From Candidatus Heimdallarchaeum endolithica (GTDB taxonomy: Archaea; Asgardarchaeota; Heimdallarchaeia; Heimdallarchaeales; Heimdallarchaeaceae): DNA of 64,000 bases. Location: the NCBI GenBank assembly GCA_021513715.1, contig CP084167.1, positions 1,472,001 through 1,536,000 of the forward strand, in the 5' to 3' direction. Numbering within the stretch: the first letter of the stretch is position 1; each line of letters begins with the position of its first letter. The translations under genes were made by a program, and so were the position numbers. The notes beneath the pieces were generated by a model, which saw nothing but the letters and a program-made list of their open reading frames with translations, searched no databases and was not told where the DNA came from. Positions 36,964-47,055 of the stretch are shown here, one piece after another.

Positions 36964-38991
36964 ATGAACGAAAAACCAGTAGACAAAATTGCTGGAATTA
37001 TTTATCAACATATTATTGAAAATTATGAAAAAGACATTTCTATTATCTGGAATAAACCTCCTTCTGCAAATTTAGGTGATGTGAGTTTTCCTCTTTTCTC
37101 AATAGCTAAAAATGTTGGAGAAGAAGTAGGAGTAATTGGTCAATCACTTAAACCAAAAATTGAAAATCAAGAAATTATTGAGAGAGTAGAATTAAAAGGT
37201 GGTTTTCTTAATATCTTTTTTAATAGAACTATTTTCTCTGATAAAGTACTAAAAAATGCTTTAAAAACAGAAAAATATGGCAAATCATCAGAAGAGTCAA
37301 CTAGACGGATTATTATTGAACACACATCAAGTAACCCCAATGGTCCACTTCATATAGGAAATTTTAGAGGGTCTGTAATTGGAGATCTACTATCTAGACT
37401 TTACAAAATGAGTGGAGCTGCAGTAAACGTTAGGTATTATGTAAACGATTTAGGGAGACAAATAGCTCCTGTTGTTATAGGTTATAAACTACTTAAAGAT
37501 AATAATATTGAACCAGATTCAAAAATTGATTTGTGGATTGGAAAAATTTATGCCACCATGAACACACTATTAGATATTCAAGAATTAAAAAAGGAGATCA
37601 AATCTAAAACTGGAAACTGTTTTGTAAGTGAGAATTTAAAATATGAAATTAATCAAAATAATAAAGAAGAGATTGAAAAAATATTATCCTCCGCTGAGTT
37701 GGATGAAAAAACAAGAGAATATCTATTGAAAAGTTTAAAGAAACTATTTTCTGTTCAAAATTCTCTTTCATCAAAAATACCTAAGCTTTTTGGTTTATTG
37801 AGGGATCTTACAGAAAAAAAAGTAGAAGATTTATCATCTTTAACTCAAGAATATATCGAACAATATCTAAAAGGAAATAACAAACAAATTGTAGATGAAT
37901 ATAGAGAATTGACAGAAAAAGCTCTTAGAGGACATATAGAAACTTTATCAAGGTTTAACATTTTTCATGATGATTTTGATAGAGAGTCAGACATAGCTTG
38001 GTCAGGAGAAGTAAAACAAATTCTTCAAAAATTGGAAACAAAGCAATGGTTAAGACATGATGGAAAAGCCAGATTATTAAAAAATAATGAAATAGCGACA
38101 TCTCTACGATTTAAAGAGAAATATAATATTAAGCATGAGATTCCAGATTTAATACTTGTAAATTCAGAAGGAATTCCTCTCTATCCATGTAGAGACATTG
38201 CTTACCACTTACACAAATTAGAAAAATTTAATGCTAATTTATGTATAAATGTTATAGGAAAACAACAACAATCTCTTCAACTAGGGGTTCGTTTGGCTTT
38301 ATATGCTCTTAATAGGAGTGATATTGCTGATAAAATCATTCATTTTGATTACGAATATGTCACATTAGTCGGGAGAAAAATGGCCGGAAGAGAACTTGAA
38401 TATGTAACTCCTGACGAGTTATATTCACTTGCTAGAGAAGAAGTCTATAAATTTCTTAACGAAAGAGATTATTCTGAAGAAGAAAAAGCAAAAATAGCCA
38501 ATATTGTTTCAGCTGCTAGTGTTAAAATATCAATTGCGAAGATTGATCCAAACAAAGCAGTAATGTTTGATGTTAAAAAAGCTACTGACTTAAATGAAAA
38601 TAGTGGACCTTTTTTGTTGTATTCATTCACTAGAGCAAAGAATATTATTTCAAAAGCAAAGAAAGCGAATATACCAATTGAAGAGATTATAAACAACCTT
38701 GAATCAGTTGAGATTTCGATTATAGAAGATGAAGAGTGGAATCTTATCAAACTTATAGAGGAATTACCTATGATATATAAACGTGCAATAAATACAAAAC
38801 GCCCAGATACAATTGTAAACTTTAGTTTTGAAATATGTAAAGCATTTAACAAATTTTATGATAATTGCCCAGTGATTAGTGAAAAGAATAAAAAAATCAG
38901 AGAAACAAGAATATTAATTGTACAAGCTACAATTAAAACTCTTGAAAGTCTATTTGAGGTCCTAGGAATAGAATCTCTTGAAAAAATGTGA
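36964..38991 (+). CDS. argS: Arginyl-tRNA synthetase
   Basis: EHTSSNPNGPLHIGNFR, YYVNDLGRQ, RDIAYH, KMAGR, ENSGPFLLYS and the DALR domain FNKFYDNCPV. Confidence 0.96.
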   Translation: MNEKPVDKIAGIIYQHIIENYEKDISIIWNKPPSANLGDVSFPLFSIAKNVGEEVGVIGQSLKPKIENQEIIERVELKGGFLNIFFNRTIFSDKVLKNALKTEKYGKSSEESTRRIIIEHTSSNPNGPLHIGNFRGSVIGDLLSRLYKMSGAAVNVRYYVNDLGRQIAPVVIGYKLLKDNNIEPDSKIDLWIGKIYATMNTLLDIQELKKEIKSKTGNCFVSENLKYEINQNNKEEIEKILSSAELDEKTREYLLKSLKKLFSVQNSLSSKIPKLFGLLRDLTEKKVEDLSSLTQEYIEQYLKGNNKQIVDEYRELTEKALRGHIETLSRFNIFHDDFDRESDIAWSGEVKQILQKLETKQWLRHDGKARLLKNNEIATSLRFKEKYNIKHEIPDLILVNSEGIPLYPCRDIAYHLHKLEKFNANLCINVIGKQQQSLQLGVRLALYALNRSDIADKIIHFDYEYVTLVGRKMAGRELEYVTPDELYSLAREEVYKFLNERDYSEEEKAKIANIVSAASVKISIAKIDPNKAVMFDVKKATDLNENSGPFLLYSFTRAKNIISKAKKANIPIEEIINNLESVEISIIEDEEWNLIKLIEELPMIYKRAINTKRPDTIVNFSFEICKAFNKFYDNCPVISEKNKKIRETRILIVQATIKTLESLFEVLGIESLEKM

Positions 38992-39001
38992 AGGTAAAAA
39001 A

Positions 39002-39991
39002 ATGATTTATGCAGGATTTGATCCGTCCTTTATCGATATAAACATCAGACCTTTAGAAATTGAAAGCGATAATAAACTGTTATCTAAACTTCCAATGTTT
39101 GGAGAACATTGGCCAAATACAGAAATAACTTTTATTCCTGGAGGAAATGGGTTCAACTTTTGTCGTACTTTATCTTCATTAGGAGAAAATATCACCTATG
39201 TTGGTCCTTTAGATGATTTCTTTATTTCATTAGTAAAAGACCAAAAAATAGATGTTTGTCTTACAGAAATAGAAGGCGCAAAAGTTAACTATACAGCAAT
39301 ATTAAATACCCATGATGGTGAAATCCAGTTTAATAATATTCGCGGTGAACTTTCTCCAAGTTTACTAAATGAAAAAATCCTAAAACTTTTCATTAAATCA
39401 CCGATCAAATCTATAAGTAACATTGCTTTTAACCCAAAAGCTATTGAATGGATTAGTTCTCTACTACTTGGATTGAGAGAGGAATATGACAAGATATTGT
39501 TTAACGATAACGCAAAGTTGGAGGAAAAAATAAATCTCTTAAATGGTATTTCTTTTGAAGGAATAATTTTTGTTGATCCTTCTGATATCTCTCAATATTC
39601 ACAAATAAAGGACTTTTTTGATATACTCTTGGCACTAAATACAATGGAAGGAGATAAATATCTTTCAGTGAATGAATTTGAAATGAATAAACTTCTATCA
39701 CTACAAGGCATTTCCCCACTAAAACTATCTAAAACCCTTAACTATCCTATTATTTTTCATACTTCAAAGGTTGTAAAGTTTTATTACAATGGAAATGAAT
39801 TATATTCATTAGAAACTCAAAAACTTTCAGAGAAGAAGACTTTTGTAGGAGCTGGAGATGTTTTCAATGCTTCTTTCATTTTTAAAATTTTAAAGAATAG
39901 TCATATTGAGGATGCATTAAAGTTTGCAATAAAATCAGCAAGTTTTTTAATTGAGAAAGGAGTCTATCCCTCTAGTGAAAACTTGAAATAA
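39002..39991 (+). CDS. PfkB/ribokinase-family carbohydrate or nucleoside kinase
   Basis: PGGNGFN, SVNEFE and FVGAGDVFNASF. The ATG at 39002 follows argS. Confidence 0.8.
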   Translation: MIYAGFDPSFIDINIRPLEIESDNKLLSKLPMFGEHWPNTEITFIPGGNGFNFCRTLSSLGENITYVGPLDDFFISLVKDQKIDVCLTEIEGAKVNYTAILNTHDGEIQFNNIRGELSPSLLNEKILKLFIKSPIKSISNIAFNPKAIEWISSLLLGLREEYDKILFNDNAKLEEKINLLNGISFEGIIFVDPSDISQYSQIKDFFDILLALNTMEGDKYLSVNEFEMNKLLSLQGISPLKLSKTLNYPIIFHTSKVVKFYYNGNELYSLETQKLSEKKTFVGAGDVFNASFIFKILKNSHIEDALKFAIKSASFLIEKGVYPSSENLK

Positions 39992-40048
39992 CATTAAATT
40001 AATAATAAATAAGATATAATAACTTCATATTTCTTAAGTGTGATATAA

Positions 40049-41083
40049 ATGAAAAAATTATCTGTTGAAGATTCAGAAGCTTACAAGAAGATCGAAAAAA
40101 GAGTAGCGATGTTAAATTTAGTTAAACAATATTACGCCTCAGGAGCTAATTACTATGAATTTGATTCTGGCGATATTCCTCTACGAGAATTAATAAGATT
40201 TATGAATGATGAAGGATATCCAAGACGACTACCAGAAGCAGATATAGTTTTGAAAAGGATAGATGAAGAAATCAGTGAATTAAATGAAAAGAAGAAAAAT
40301 ATGCGTTTAGAAGAAATTGAATCTCGCAATTTAAATTCTCTACTTATTATTCCAAGTTGGACTAAACTTATTGGTACGCAAATGAAAGGTTTCTATTTAG
40401 GCAAACCTGTTAGAGAATTGAAAAGAGATACTATTGTGATGCTAACAGATACTACTCAAATGTTTAAAGAAATCACTGAAGAGAGAATTGCTGTTATTTT
40501 TGGTCCTGGTATCTTTTACAGTGAATTTTCTATCGAACCTGGAAACTTCTTGACAAATAGTTTTGAAATTAATGGAATATGTCTCCCTTTGGACCTATTA
40601 GGTAAAATATATACAGCAGAAAAGATATATCACTCTGATAAGATTGAAGCAACAATTACTGAGGTATCAACAATTTTACCTTTTCATATTATAGAACAGC
40701 CACAAACAATACAAGCTTATATAAGAGGGGTTATTAGTCGTAATGTCTTTTATCCAAACAAAGCTGCACTAGAATTTTTCAATAAACATGCTGTTGATGA
40801 CAATTCTTACAAAATTGAGGAAGGTTTCAAAATTGTTTCAGCACACCCACTTTGGTTTAATAAACTTTTAGTAAACAGTAGCCAAATACCAAAAACTGGA
40901 AGTGGAAAAAAAGAGTATAGTACAGCTGGTTTAGGAACTGTTTCTGCTTCAATCAACAAGATTTTACCTCTAATATTCTCTTCTCCGTCAAAAGAGGAAG
41001 AACAACTAAAGAAAATTAAAGAAATAGCAAAACAATATAAGGAAATGGGTTTAGGTATACTAAAAAGTTGGATTCCAACTTAA
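40049..41083 (+). CDS. Hypothetical protein
   Basis: 344-aa ORF with an N-terminal helical/coiled region; no recognised motif. Confidence 0.6.
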   Translation: MKKLSVEDSEAYKKIEKRVAMLNLVKQYYASGANYYEFDSGDIPLRELIRFMNDEGYPRRLPEADIVLKRIDEEISELNEKKKNMRLEEIESRNLNSLLIIPSWTKLIGTQMKGFYLGKPVRELKRDTIVMLTDTTQMFKEITEERIAVIFGPGIFYSEFSIEPGNFLTNSFEINGICLPLDLLGKIYTAEKIYHSDKIEATITEVSTILPFHIIEQPQTIQAYIRGVISRNVFYPNKAALEFFNKHAVDDNSYKIEEGFKIVSAHPLWFNKLLVNSSQIPKTGSGKKEYSTAGLGTVSASINKILPLIFSSPSKEEEQLKKIKEIAKQYKEMGLGILKSWIPT

Positions 41084-41180
41084 ACACTAAGTTATTTTCT
41101 AACCATTTCTTAGGAAAATATTTCGTAAGATTCACAACGTTTTTTAACATAGCAAGGATTTTTTTATAATAAAAGGAAAT

Positions 41181-42704
41181 GTGATAACTATGATTATAAA
41201 AATTGAACCTAGCTTAGATAATGAACCTTATTTTGCGTTAATTAATTCAGAATTCGCTTCCAAATATTCTTTACATCCGGGTCAACTTGTTGAGATTACA
41301 CCTTATAATGTAGGAATGAAATTAAGACCTAGTGAGACATATCCCCCCAACACATTAGGGATATCACAGAAAGCTTCAAAAGAATTTTCAATAAGAGGGG
41401 GCGACGAAGTTGAAATCAGAGAGATTATTAATGAAAATATAATTCACATCATTCACAAAAAGATGAAAGGTACTCACCTTAATGAGAATGAGATTAATAT
41501 GTTATTTTCTGCAATTGATAAAAACCTCATTCATCCATCTCAAATTGCAGTATTAATGAGTTTATTTGAAGTAGTAGGACTATCTATGGATGAAACAACT
41601 TCAGTAGCAAAAGCCATTATTAATAATTCAAGAAGACTTATCCACAAAAACAAGCCAGTTGTTGATAAACACAGTATTGGAGGAATAGCAGGAAATAGAA
41701 TCACACCCATAATGATACCTATTTTGGCTTCTGCAGGACTAACTATTCCTAAAATTTCTACAAGAGCGATTACATCTCCTGCAGGAACAATAGACACTGT
41801 AGAACTTCTAATGCCCTGTGATCTAACACTATCAGAGATGTCAGAAGTGGTTGAAAAAACAGGAGGATGTGTTGTTAGTGGTGAAAATGTAGGTCTTGCA
41901 GACGTAACAGATAAAATTATCCATGTTTTAGATAGTATTAAAATCGATCCAAAAGAATTTATGGTAGCAAGTATTTTAAGTAAAAAAATTGTAGCCGGTT
42001 CCGAATATGTTCTTATTGATTTACCAACAGGTAAAGGAGCAAAAGTTTCTAGTAGAGAAAAAGCTAAAGACCTTGGAAGACTATTTACCTCAATTGGAAC
42101 TTCATTGAAACTGCAAATGGACTGTATTATTAGCCCAGGAGATCGACCAATTGGAAGTATGATAGGACCAAGTTTAGAAGCTATTGATGTCCTAAAGATA
42201 TTAAAAAATCAATTAGGAAGTAATGACTTAATGAATAAAGCTGTTTCCCTTTCTGGAATCATACTGGAAGCTCAAAACTTAGTACCTCGGGGATCTGGGC
42301 ACAAAATGGCTTTAGGCTTACTAAAGAGTGGTAAAGCTTATGAAAAATTCAAAGAAATTGTAGAAGCACAAGGAGGAAACCCAGAAATAAAAGTTGATGA
42401 TATTCCAAGAGCAAAATATATAGAAGAAATAAAAGCTACTCAAGATGGAGTGATTTATGCAATAGATAGCGCTAGCATCTCAACTTTAGCTCGTCAAGCT
42501 GGAGCTCCTTTTGACAAAACAGCAGGAGTAAAAATTTTAGTAAAAAGAGGAGACAGAGTAAAAAAAGGTGATACGCTCTTTGAAATTCATTCCTCATCAG
42601 CTAGTAAATTGAGTGCTTCTGCAGAATTGGCAAGAACAAAGTTTGAAGCTATAGACATGGAAAAAATGATACTGGAAGTAATATCAGGACCAAAAGAGAT
42701 GTGA
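41181..42704 (+). CDS. AMP phosphorylase (archaeal thymidine phosphorylase family)
   Basis: ~500 aa with an N-terminal double-psi-barrel-like extension; DKHSIGGIAGNR, PKISTRAITSPAGTID, ASILSKK and AQGG. Confidence 0.9.
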   Translation: MITMIIKIEPSLDNEPYFALINSEFASKYSLHPGQLVEITPYNVGMKLRPSETYPPNTLGISQKASKEFSIRGGDEVEIREIINENIIHIIHKKMKGTHLNENEINMLFSAIDKNLIHPSQIAVLMSLFEVVGLSMDETTSVAKAIINNSRRLIHKNKPVVDKHSIGGIAGNRITPIMIPILASAGLTIPKISTRAITSPAGTIDTVELLMPCDLTLSEMSEVVEKTGGCVVSGENVGLADVTDKIIHVLDSIKIDPKEFMVASILSKKIVAGSEYVLIDLPTGKGAKVSSREKAKDLGRLFTSIGTSLKLQMDCIISPGDRPIGSMIGPSLEAIDVLKILKNQLGSNDLMNKAVSLSGIILEAQNLVPRGSGHKMALGLLKSGKAYEKFKEIVEAQGGNPEIKVDDIPRAKYIEEIKATQDGVIYAIDSASISTLARQAGAPFDKTAGVKILVKRGDRVKKGDTLFEIHSSSASKLSASAELARTKFEAIDMEKMILEVISGPKEM

Positions 42705-42708
42705 AAGA

Positions 42709-43245
42709 ATGAAAGAACAGGATAACAATTCCTTTACTTTTTCTTTTTCATACATGATTCACAGATTACATGAAAATTTTTCAATAAATAAGATACTGGA
42801 TCTAATCAAAAGAGTTAATTTAACAAACGAAAGTACAACCTTGCAAGTTTTAAATCCGAAGTATATAATCAGTAAAAGACAATTGGAGATAGCCATATAT
42901 CAAACAATAACAGCCTTTCACTCAAATGAGAATAGAGCTAGAGACAAAGGGACAGAATTGTTGCTTAGGCTCTCAGGATATAGACAAATAAAAAAAGCTC
43001 TAAAAATTTTTGGAATTGAGGATAAGTCTGAATATATTATGTTTATCGGTTTTGGAGATTCAGAAGAAGAAATAAATAAAAATTTAATTGAAATATCAGA
43101 GAAAATGGGAACAGACATAAAAGACTCTATTACTCAACTACCAGTTTCCAATGCTGAGATACTAAAGGAATATTACAATTGTAATGATATTGCCATCATA
43201 GAAAAAGCAGCCATAGAAAAAATAGCAACGCTAAAATTAGAATAA
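42709..43245 (+). CDS. cgi121: KEOPS complex subunit Cgi121
   Basis: QVLNPKYIIS...AIYQT...NRARDKGTELLLRLSGYRQIKKALKIFGI...AAIEKIA. Confidence 0.85.
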   Translation: MKEQDNNSFTFSFSYMIHRLHENFSINKILDLIKRVNLTNESTTLQVLNPKYIISKRQLEIAIYQTITAFHSNENRARDKGTELLLRLSGYRQIKKALKIFGIEDKSEYIMFIGFGDSEEEINKNLIEISEKMGTDIKDSITQLPVSNAEILKEYYNCNDIAIIEKAAIEKIATLKLE

Positions 43246-43415
43246 TGGAAAATTTATTAGCTTATTTTAGTTGAGTGTTTCTATCTATATCATCCTCTTT
43301 TATACTTTTTTGACTTTAAAGATTGCTTTTTGATAATTTTTCTAAATCTACAGTAAAATAAGAGATTGATAAAAAATCCGATAAAGTTAAATTTTATATT
43401 TGAATAACTAATTTA

Positions 43416-43559
43416 ATGAATAAACAAGACACTCAAACTGAACATTCGAAAAAAGAAGAAAAAAAATTCAAATGTACAGGCTGTCATACTCCACTTTCTA
43501 TTTATGATGAACGATGTCCAAAATGCGAAAGAAAAAACCCACATTATATTTATAGGTAA
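43416..43559 (+). CDS. 47-aa zinc-ribbon microprotein (not in ORF track)
   Basis: MNKQDTQTEHSKKEEKKFKCTGCHTPLSIYDERCPKCERKNPHYIYR; CxxC-x10-CxxC. Confidence 0.7.
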   Translation: MNKQDTQTEHSKKEEKKFKCTGCHTPLSIYDERCPKCERKNPHYIYR

Positions 43560-43623
43560 ATAGAACTATCAAAAAAATTATTAATAAAATATTTTTTATA
43601 GTAATAAAAAGGATTTGTGTAAT

Positions 43624-43794
43624 ATGTCTATTCCAACACCACCATCTAAAAACACAAAAGAGGAGGGAAACCCAGAAGCAAATTGTCCAGAATATAAACC
43701 TATAATGGGAAACTATTGTGAATTTTATTTAACAAGAACAGGGGAATGTATTAAAGGGGTAGGAAAATGTGATGGTTTTGGTGTATTAAAGTAA
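43624..43794 (+). CDS. 56-aa Cys-rich microprotein (not in ORF track)
   Basis: MSIPTPPSKNTKEEGNPEANCPEYKPIMGNYCEFYLTRTGECIKGVGKCDGFGVLK; four Cys, and richer in G+C than the flanking intergenic DNA. Confidence 0.55.
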   Translation: MSIPTPPSKNTKEEGNPEANCPEYKPIMGNYCEFYLTRTGECIKGVGKCDGFGVLK

Positions 43795-43804
43795 AAAAAT
43801 TAAA

Positions 43805-44638
43805 TTATTTTTTCAGGTATTCTTCAAGTTCTGTATTTATTTCTTTAACATTGGCAACAATTCTATTTTGACTTTCACCTTTATTACCTTCAACATTTAT
43901 TGTAGAAGAAGTTAAGAATAAAGGTTTATAGAAATCACGTAACATTTTTTTACCTTCTCCTAGTAAGCAAGAGCATGTTCCAATATAGTTTCCGTCAAGA
44001 TCTCTTTTAATTCTAAAATAAGTTATATGACTAGCTCTACTACGCCAAACAATTAAATTTGCTGTTAAAATTATATTATTTCGAATAATGTGACCTAGAA
44101 AAACGTTATCTTTCAAACCAAATTCATAAAGTTTCGGACTTGGTTTTGCTTCAAAATTTGTCATCAAAAAGATTGTAGTATCATCAGATAACTTTGTATA
44201 GCGCTTAATTGGTACATCTTTAGTTGATTCTTTAATTATAAAAGTAAAAGATTTTTCTCTGCGTAGTGTATATGCTGACTGGTTTTCTATAATTGCAGAA
44301 GCAACATTGATTAATAATTTAGCATTTTTCTTATTCAATTCAAATCTTTCTACTGATTGAACAGGAACTTTTGAACTAGAAATAAGAGAACAAGCGAGTG
44401 TTCCTATCATTTCATGGGTAACTGGACCTCTTATTTTACATCCAGAAGGTAAAACAACTACTGGAATATCATTTGGATCGATATTATTTTTTGCAAAAGA
44501 TTTTGTAGATTTATCAGATTGATATACAATTAGTTTCACATCGTCGTTATTCACTGATTCTATTATAGAACTCATAAAACTTAACATTGGTTTGCAATGA
44601 TCACATGTTTCAGAATGAATATACAGCTCTAGTTCCAT
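43805..44638 (-). CDS. Thioredoxin-fold (CDHC) N-terminal domain fused to an uncharacterised C-terminal domain
   Basis: LYIHSETCDHCKPM...IPVVVL...IRGP matches a Trx/glutaredoxin fold; a ~185-aa C-terminal domain follows. Confidence 0.65.
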   Translation of the reverse strand: MELELYIHSETCDHCKPMLSFMSSIIESVNNDDVKLIVYQSDKSTKSFAKNNIDPNDIPVVVLPSGCKIRGPVTHEMIGTLACSLISSSKVPVQSVERFELNKKNAKLLINVASAIIENQSAYTLRREKSFTFIIKESTKDVPIKRYTKLSDDTTIFLMTNFEAKPSPKLYEFGLKDNVFLGHIIRNNIILTANLIVWRSRASHITYFRIKRDLDGNYIGTCSCLLGEGKKMLRDFYKPLFLTSSTINVEGNKGESQNRIVANVKEINTELEEYLKK

Positions 44639-44741
44639 AGTTATCTATTCCTTTTTTTTTAAACAATAAAAGGGTTAAAGTGAATTATTATAAAGATTAC
44701 TATCAACTTAATTTTTGAGTTAGTATTTATTACACACTTTA

Positions 44742-45593
44742 CTATTTTAACAATGCAAAAACAATCCACAATATAGAAATAATTATTGCTGAAAGGATAT
44801 TGAATACAGAATACAATTTTAGAGTGTCATCAAAGTATAAATCATCAATATATTTGCCTATAGAATTTAACCTATTATCAATAGAGTACAATAAAGAGCT
44901 CTGTTTTGTTATTTCTCTCTTATTTTTTTCAGTTGATGCAAAAATATCAATAAAAGCATGTAACATTTTTTTATCTTGTTCCAATACTAAAGTTGAACTT
45001 ACTGACTCAAGTTTTTTATGCAGTTCCTCAATTTGTTCTCTTGAAAGAGCAGGTATCTTCCAAGAATAAGTTTCACTTGCTATTTTTCCAAGATGGTAAG
45101 CAATATCATCAATGTATATATCAAATGATATGGGTTGATAGTTTGTTTGATCTATCATTCTAAAGAACTGTAAATCTAAATCTTTTTTATTTTCGTTTTG
45201 ATAATATTTCAATGGATCTACAACTAAGGCTATAGCTTTGGGGAACAAGTTTTGATATGTTCTTTGTGTGTTTTTATCTGTTCCTGATAGAAAACACCCA
45301 TAACCAGGATGAGTATGCCACCAACCAACTATTGTTTGCTCACTATCTTGCTCTTGTAACTTCATTACAATATCAACTAAAGCTTCATCATCCATTACAA
45401 CAAAAGTACTCGTTTGTTGTTGCTTACCAGTATCGATATCTGTAATAATAAGCTGCCCAGTATCTTGTTTAACATACCCTATTAGTAAACCAGCCGATTC
45501 TTTTGATGTATCCATTCTATCAACAGTTAATATTTTTGCTAAAGCAGTTGCAGACAACAAAATTTCAATTTCTGAAGGTTCAGTCATTATCAA
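44742..45593 (-). CDS. JAMM/MPN+ (Rpn11/CSN5-like) metalloprotease with C-terminal transmembrane tail
   Basis: ESAGLLIG...IVGWWHTHPGYGCFLSGTDKNTQ...AIALVVDP; C-terminus YSVFNILSAIIISILWIVFALLK. Confidence 0.88.
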   Translation of the reverse strand: MIMTEPSEIEILLSATALAKILTVDRMDTSKESAGLLIGYVKQDTGQLIITDIDTGKQQQTSTFVVMDDEALVDIVMKLQEQDSEQTIVGWWHTHPGYGCFLSGTDKNTQRTYQNLFPKAIALVVDPLKYYQNENKKDLDLQFFRMIDQTNYQPISFDIYIDDIAYHLGKIASETYSWKIPALSREQIEELHKKLESVSSTLVLEQDKKMLHAFIDIFASTEKNKREITKQSSLLYSIDNRLNSIGKYIDDLYFDDTLKLYSVFNILSAIIISILWIVFALLK

Positions 45594-45665
45594 TTATAAA
45601 GTTATAATAGGAATATAAAATATTTCTCATTTCTTGATTCTTAATTAAAACAAATGAAAAATAAA

Positions 45666-46703
45666 TTATAACCTTGATAAAATTGGGTGTTCTGTTAATA
45701 AATAGTATGTCATTTCTTTAAGCATGATAATATCAGGATGGTCTTTTGAAATATTTTGGTTTTCAGTTTTTTCTATATAATCCATCATAGCCCATAATGC
45801 AATGTAAAAGTCAATAGGCAAACCTTTAGGGTACATTTCTTCTAATGTGGGTGCACGTAACTCTTTTAAATGGACATTATAGCCTTTCAAAAATTTACTA
45901 ATATCCTTTGCAGTTTCTACTAATCTCTTTGTTTCTCTATATTCTAGAATTGACTGACGTCCAAAAAAGGTTCCCATGTCCTCAAATCGATCATACGACC
46001 CTTTCATCCAGAAGGTTGGGTCAATTAGTGCGATAGTTATAACTTGATTGTCAGGTGTAATTCTTAGCATTAAATTACTTTGGTGAAAGTCTCCAAAAGC
46101 ATCACAGCCACCAATTGATGAAGAAATCATCTGTAAAAACATTTTGGATTTTTCTACTACAGTGCTTTCTTGTTCATTACCTCCAAAAATCTTTAAAACA
46201 AGTCTTCGATGAAGCTCTTCATAAATATCGACCATTACTTTTCTAGTTTGGCCTCCATGAATTATAGCTAGTACATAACCAGCCCAAAAACTCTTGTTTC
46301 TTACTTCAAAAGCATCTTCATAATTAATTCCAGCTATTCCTTCATAAGCTATAAAGGGGTTGTCTTCCAAGTTTACATAAATGAATCTTGGAATTCGCAC
46401 TACTGACCTTGCAGCAAATTTTTTCTCTAGACTCATTGTATTTTTTATTTCTAATAAAGCATCATTGCTATTTTCAATAAACTTGATAGCGACTTTCTTC
46501 TTATGTTCTGTGAATTCTGAAGAATAATAAACATCTACAACAAATACTTCACCAAACCGTCCAGCAGTTTTAAAATACTTAATATCATTTATTTTAATGT
46601 CAATTACATCTTTTCCAGTATCTCTATGTGCTTCATCTATGAAATAGTAACGGAATTGGTTAATTAATTTAAGTAACAGCGCTGAAGCAACATCAGTATT
46701 CAT
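45666..46703 (-). CDS. Protein-kinase-like fold (APH/atypical kinase) protein
   Basis: Gly loop TAGRFGEVFVV, VAIKF, alphaC Glu (LLEIKN), catalytic loop GDFHQSNLM and IDP. Confidence 0.75.
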   Translation of the reverse strand: MNTDVASALLLKLINQFRYYFIDEAHRDTGKDVIDIKINDIKYFKTAGRFGEVFVVDVYYSSEFTEHKKKVAIKFIENSNDALLEIKNTMSLEKKFAARSVVRIPRFIYVNLEDNPFIAYEGIAGINYEDAFEVRNKSFWAGYVLAIIHGGQTRKVMVDIYEELHRRLVLKIFGGNEQESTVVEKSKMFLQMISSSIGGCDAFGDFHQSNLMLRITPDNQVITIALIDPTFWMKGSYDRFEDMGTFFGRQSILEYRETKRLVETAKDISKFLKGYNVHLKELRAPTLEEMYPKGLPIDFYIALWAMMDYIEKTENQNISKDHPDIIMLKEMTYYLLTEHPILSRL

Positions 46704-47055
46704 GAGGTACTTTTCTTGAATATTTTTTATAAACTTATAGGAAAGAAGAAAAGTTAATTTATTTTTTTTGTGGACTTGAAAAGAGAAATAATGATTAGTA
46801 TAAAAGAATATAAAAAAAAGATGAAAAAAGAATAAAATTGATAATTCCCCAAAAGTAAAAGTAAACAGGGGATTGGAACAATATTTATTATTATAAAATT
46901 GTATATTAACAGAAATTATTTATTTAAAGAGCCTTTATTGTTTTTAAACAGTTTAAGCAAAAATATTCTAAAAAAGATTACAAATTACTAAAATTTAATA
47001 AATATAGAAAATAAAAGATAATTAGTCTCCCTTTCTATTGAAGTGAGGAAATAGT

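Noticed and set aside
46843-46874. TTCCCC...GGGGA hairpin in the divergent intergenic region as an ncRNA or terminator
   Set aside because: The stem is too short with a long A-rich loop, and there is no other support.
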